Part shown: positions 59,121 through 64,000 of the stretch, one piece after another
How positions within the stretch are numbered: position 1 is the stretch's first letter
Layout: each line of letters begins with the position of its first letter
Assembly: GCA_964016885.1 (NCBI GenBank)
Contig: OZ024746.1
Span: 8,866,001-8,930,000 of the forward strand
Length of the DNA stretch: 64,000 nt
Direction: 5' to 3'
Source of the DNA: Eledone cirrhosa
Taxonomy: Eukaryota
The notes under the pieces: generated by a model
Databases searched by the model: none
What the model was told of the DNA's origin: nothing
Seen by the model: the letters and a program-made list of their open reading frames with translations, nothing else
Position numbers and translations under genes: made by a program

Positions 59121-59789
59121 TATCTCTATTACCCCACCCTGACAATATCTTCACTGTGTTACTCTAACAATGGAGTACAACAGTTTTATACTATATCAGT
59201 CATAATAATAGAACATTTAAACTAAGTATTGCTTTTCTTCAACACTTTATGACTCAATTGCTGTAACAAGTTGTGATTTCAGTTACATTCCACCCGACAG
59301 AGACATTAGTGAGTCTCCAAATACATGTAACTAAATAATTAAATATATGTTTCCTGACATAGAAAATAAATCAAAACGAAAGAGTACGTTAGTACAGTGA
59401 CATTTAAAGTCACTATTCGTATTTAGTTTAATATTTTGATATTAAAGTGTGTTTTATATTCATGAACTATTAAACCTCAACTGAAAAAACACTCAATATA
59501 TTTAAGTAGAGTTTAAAATATATTTTCTTATAAAAATAAATATAGTTTACATAGACACAAACAGACACACAGACACACAAACACGCACTCAAATACACAT
59601 ACACAGACTTTGTTATACTAGTTGAGATTTCCATCCATCATCTCACAAATCACAACAAACACTATATTTTTGTCACATCGCCAGTCTGAAGAGCAGATCG
59701 ATAATAGAGTCGGGTTCATAACTCCTATAGGTAACCCTGAACCACTCCTATGCGAAACTCGCGTAACTAGTCGATACACAATAAACATC

Positions 59790-60075
59790 TAACACATGCC
59801 CATAATATCGGAGCTGTGATCTCTCAGTTCGGAGTAGTAGCGGCTCTACCAGGAGTGACTCTGATCTCCGAGCTACGCACTTTATCGTTACTCCAAGGAC
59901 CCTTCGAAGGAACCCTATTTCGACCGCTAGTATTCCCGATCGTATTTTTTCGGTCATTACCCGAGTTTTATGACCATACTTAAGGGTTGGCACGAATACC
60001 GAATTGAAGATAGTGAGTTTGGCGTTTACGCCTACTTCCTTTCTTCTAATTACTGACTGCTGAAGCTGGCACATG
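59790..60075 (-). mobile_element. RTE-clade (Rex3-like) LINE fragment, post-RT domain
   Basis: AKLTIFNSVFVPTLKYGH...EIGFLRRVLGVT...EPLLLRTERSQLRYYGHV. Confidence 0.85.
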
Positions 60076-60496
60076 AATGCACCGACTCCTGCAATTTAAA
60101 ATTTACATTTTTCTTTTCCTCAAAGTAAGTTGGGACATGTGATAAAAGAGATGACCACGTTATCGTTTCCGCAGAAAGTCTAGTCGCTTTTCAATAAGTC
60201 AAAATGTTCCTATAAACACTTTTAATTGTTACAAATAAATGCGCCATTTCACTACCTATCGTAACATCTGAACAACCTGAGATAGGATGTCACAATACTG
60301 ACAAACAATGACTTCTACCACACATAAGTTTTATGTCCGTGACAAAAACGACAAAGCGAGGTAATATATAACAGCAATGAATGATATAATTTTGTCAGGA
60401 CGTGATCACATGGTAATGGTCGCTTATGAAGTTTCATTGTCAGCTTTACCGAATCCAATATATTGCTTATGGCCCTCGACGACGAACACATTAACG

Positions 60497-60531
<35 letters not shown>

Positions 60532-60584
60532 CCACGCACGCCCCCCACCCACACATGTACACACAAACAGACACACACACACAC

Positions 60585-60643
<59 letters not shown>

Positions 60644-60710
60644 CATATATATATATACATATATATGTATGTATATATATATATATATAATATATATATA
60701 TATATTTATG

Positions 60711-60903
60711 AAAAGGTATGACCCCGACGGCAGAGCTCAAGCCGTTTCGATTGCTATTTCTGGAGTCCAGAAATAGCCGTCGAAACGGGTTGAGCTTTGC
60801 CGTCGGGGTCATACCTTTTCCTATTACCCACTCTACTACCCTAAGTATTGAGTACTTTGGTGCGTTATGGTCCATCTGGTTCCTTACCACAACTCCTTCG
60901 TTA
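60711..60903 (+). mobile_element. HH1 fold-back copy in (TA)n
   Basis: Inverted arms around CTGGAGTCCAG, plus a tail ending CCTTCGTTA. Confidence 0.8.
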
Positions 60904-60925
60904 TATATAACATATATATATATAC

Positions 60926-61019
<94 letters not shown>

Positions 61020-61049
61020 ATATATATATATATATGTATGCGTGTGTAT

Positions 61050-61083
<34 letters not shown>

Positions 61084-61128
61084 ATATATATATATATATG
61101 TTTGTGTGTGTGTATATATATATATGAC

Positions 61129-61195
<67 letters not shown>

Positions 61196-61547
61196 GTGTG
61201 TTTGTGTATGTATATAAACACGATGCAGTCATTAGAGAAAGGGAACATGACAGAGGTGTTTCGGAGATATTTGTTGCCGTCATCTTTTGTTGATATATAG
61301 TTACTTCAGTCATAGCAACCAACCATGATGTTGCCATTGATGTTTAATGTTGTCATAGTTGCGGTTATATATACTGCTTCAAGCAAATTTTTAAATGTAT
61401 ATATTTGCATATGTAGCACAAGTCTGCTTGCTGTTTAATACTTTGCATTTCAAGTGTCGTATGTATCTGTAGAATATATATATATATATTTATATATATA
61501 TATATATATATATATACACGGGTGTGTATGATTGTGTATCGCAGATT

Positions 61548-61794
61548 ATATTAATAAAAGGATTTCCAACTTTATCTGATTTACTCATTTTTTTACAATC
61601 CTTTAAAATTTATAATGGTATTAGAATGAAATAGTATGGTAGAATATTAAATGTTAAATACTAAATGTTAAGTGTTAATTCAATTAACACTTAACATTTA
61701 ATATTCTACCATACTATTTCATTCTAATACCATTATACATTTTAAAGGATTGTAAATAAAACGAGTAAATCAGACAATGTTGGAATTCCTTTTA

Positions 61795-61800
<6 letters not shown>
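61548..61800. repeat. ~125-bp-arm AT-rich fold-back palindrome near (TA)n
   Basis: Arms mirror around GTGTTAATT-C-AATTAACAC. Confidence 0.85.
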
Positions 61801-61829
<29 letters not shown>

Positions 61830-61961
61830 ATTATTCCACTCTCAATATATATATATATATATTGTGTGTGATGTGTGTGTGTCTGTGTCTGTGTGTATGT
61901 GTGTCTAGCAATATCCGTAGTAAAAAGGAAAGCAGTGCTTAATCTGGAAGAGAGAAGAAAT

Positions 61962-62200
61962 ATAATAATAATAATAAAGAAATTATTGTGTACAGTGCTC
62001 AGGTGCACTACAACTCATCAAAGGTGCATGTATAGTACATAGAATAATGTACAAATGTCAGGAAAATGAACAGTGTATGAGTCATTATATAATAATAGTA
62101 ATAATAATAATAAGGAAATATTGTGTACAGAGCCCAGGTGCACCACAACTCATCAAAAAGTGCATTACAGTACATAGGGCAATGCACAAACATCAGGAAA
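61962..62200 (-). mobile_element. Two tandem 3'-end-like repeats, each abutting (TAA)n
   Basis: AATAATAA..ATTGTGTACAG.GC.CAGGTGCAC.ACAACTCATCAAA...TCAGGAAAA occurs twice. Confidence 0.6.
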
Positions 62201-62504
62201 AAAATATTAAACTATTTTAAAACTATATTAAAACTATATTAAAAAAACTATATTAAAACTATATTAAAACTATTTTAAAACTATATTAAAACTATATTAA
62301 AAAAACTATATTAAAACTATATTAAAACTATTTTAAAACTATATTAAAAAAAAAAAAAAAAAAAAAAAGGAAAAAAAATATTAAACTATTCATTTGTGTT
62401 CATACACGGAAGAAAAGCTCTACCGAAGGTTTCAGGGCCCAAATCTGACCATACCTCCAGAATACAAAAGGCATCAAATGTGTGACCTTTCTTCAGGCGC
62501 TTAT

Positions 62505-62850
62505 ATGAGTCTAGACGATACCTTTAAAATTAAACGTGCTAGATTTCGTAAAAAACTAATTAACACATTTAGTGTACTAGGACTTAATATTAGAGTTGAT
62601 ACAAATTTTACTAACGCAAATTTCCCTTATGCAACCTTATACCTCATCACAGCTTCGTATAAAACATACCATAAGCCTAACGAAATATTGAAATAAATTA
62701 ATAAAGGTTTATTCTAACCCATTCTGTTTTTAAAAACTTGGTTTCTAACATTCGTCTAGGTATCTTAAATCTATCAGCAACCAGGTAGATTTCCATAAGG
62801 ATACTCCTTAAAACAACCAAGCCCTCCTAGACAGAGGTTGAAGAATAACA
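62505..62850 (+). pseudogene. Decayed Penelope-like element reverse transcriptase fragment
   Basis: RFRKKLINTFSVLGLNIRVDTNFTNANFPYATLYLITASYKTYHKPNEILK*INK resembles the PLE RT motif (F...GL.I...N...NFLDVTL.L....YK.Y.KPN...Y.N..SNHP). Contains stops and frameshifts. Confidence 0.7.
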
Positions 62851-62862
62851 TTAAGGACACAC

Positions 62863-62952
<90 letters not shown>

Positions 62953-64000
62953 TATGCCACGCACCCGGCCATTCGTCACTGACTAAATAAATACACTACG
63001 GAAAGTAAATATGTAGTTTCAAATTGAAACATTTATATTGGCGGCAGGCCAAGTTTCAAATAAAAACTAAGCGTAAAATTAAAAGAAACCCTTTAGGCGT
63101 TGTTTGTGGGAAAGGATAAACTCACATCCAAATGTCAGTTTGATGTTTCACACCCGTCAGCTAACTGCGTATCATTGTACTTTTTACTATAAGCTAAACT
63201 ATTCCTTTTCCTGGTTCAATGAAGGGCAGATAAATCTGTAACAACTCTGGAATCAACAACTGAGAATGAAAGCGCTTCCCTCATCATGCTGCTAGATGTA
63301 GGAACCAAAGGTAAGAACACCTTGATACTCTCTAAGAAGATGGAATAGTCAACGTTGGAATATCACATAAGGTTAGGTCTGTTCAACCATGATTGGCATA
63401 CAGTTAAGAAACAACATTAATGCTAACAATAACAAAGACAACAACAGTACAATTAATGCAAACATGATGGAAGACTTTTATCAATACCCGAATTTCAGGG
63501 TCGATGTATGAAAATGAGGTTTTGCATATTCGGCTATTTTGTTGATCAAGAAATACAATAACACTAAGCTAACACCTCATAGAATATCTATTTCAACATT
63601 TTCTTCTCGTCTCACCAATATTTTTCTCAAGCGCTTTCTTTCCAAACATTGGTGAAGCTCTATTAGGTCCACGTCTATAGACACAAGACTGCGCATCAAC
63701 AAACCAATCTTTCTCTTCATCCTCCTATAGAAAGAAAAGAAAGAATATGAACTGACTCCTAAATCTGCACACGTTACTATTGATAGTATGAATAGAATGT
63801 AATGAATACACACACACACACACACACACTCTCTCTGTATATATATATATACACAGAGAGAGAAGTATATATATATATATATATATATACTTCTCTCTCT
63901 CTGTATATATATATATATATTTACCCTCTCTCTCTCGCTCTTTCTCTCTCTGTTTCACCTCTCTCTCTTTCTCTCTCTCTCTATCTCTCTCTCTCTCTCT

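Noticed and set aside
63225-63310. + strand exon candidate ending AAAG|GTAAGA
   Set aside because: Poor acceptor and no homology recognised.

Overview
This is AT-rich eukaryotic, repeat-saturated DNA with no confidently identifiable host gene. Nearly every supplied ORF is a translation of a microsatellite. The repeat make-up resembles octopus/cephalopod intergenic or intronic DNA (inference from recall, not tested). Recognisable content: tRNA-derived SINEs of two types; truncated C-terminal fragments of R4/Dong-, CRE-, Tx1- and RTE-clade LINEs; a Penelope-like RT fragment; hAT- and piggyBac-type MITEs; several minisatellites. The most striking signal is about 20 hammerhead ribozyme (HHR) motifs from roughly 10 short, non-coding, Penelope/retrozyme-like families. 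Several carry a compensatory U3-A8 core (UUGANAA). They sit in (TA)n microsatellites, often as fold-back inverted duplications centred on the ribozyme. All coordinates and pairings were read by eye and may be off by a few bases.
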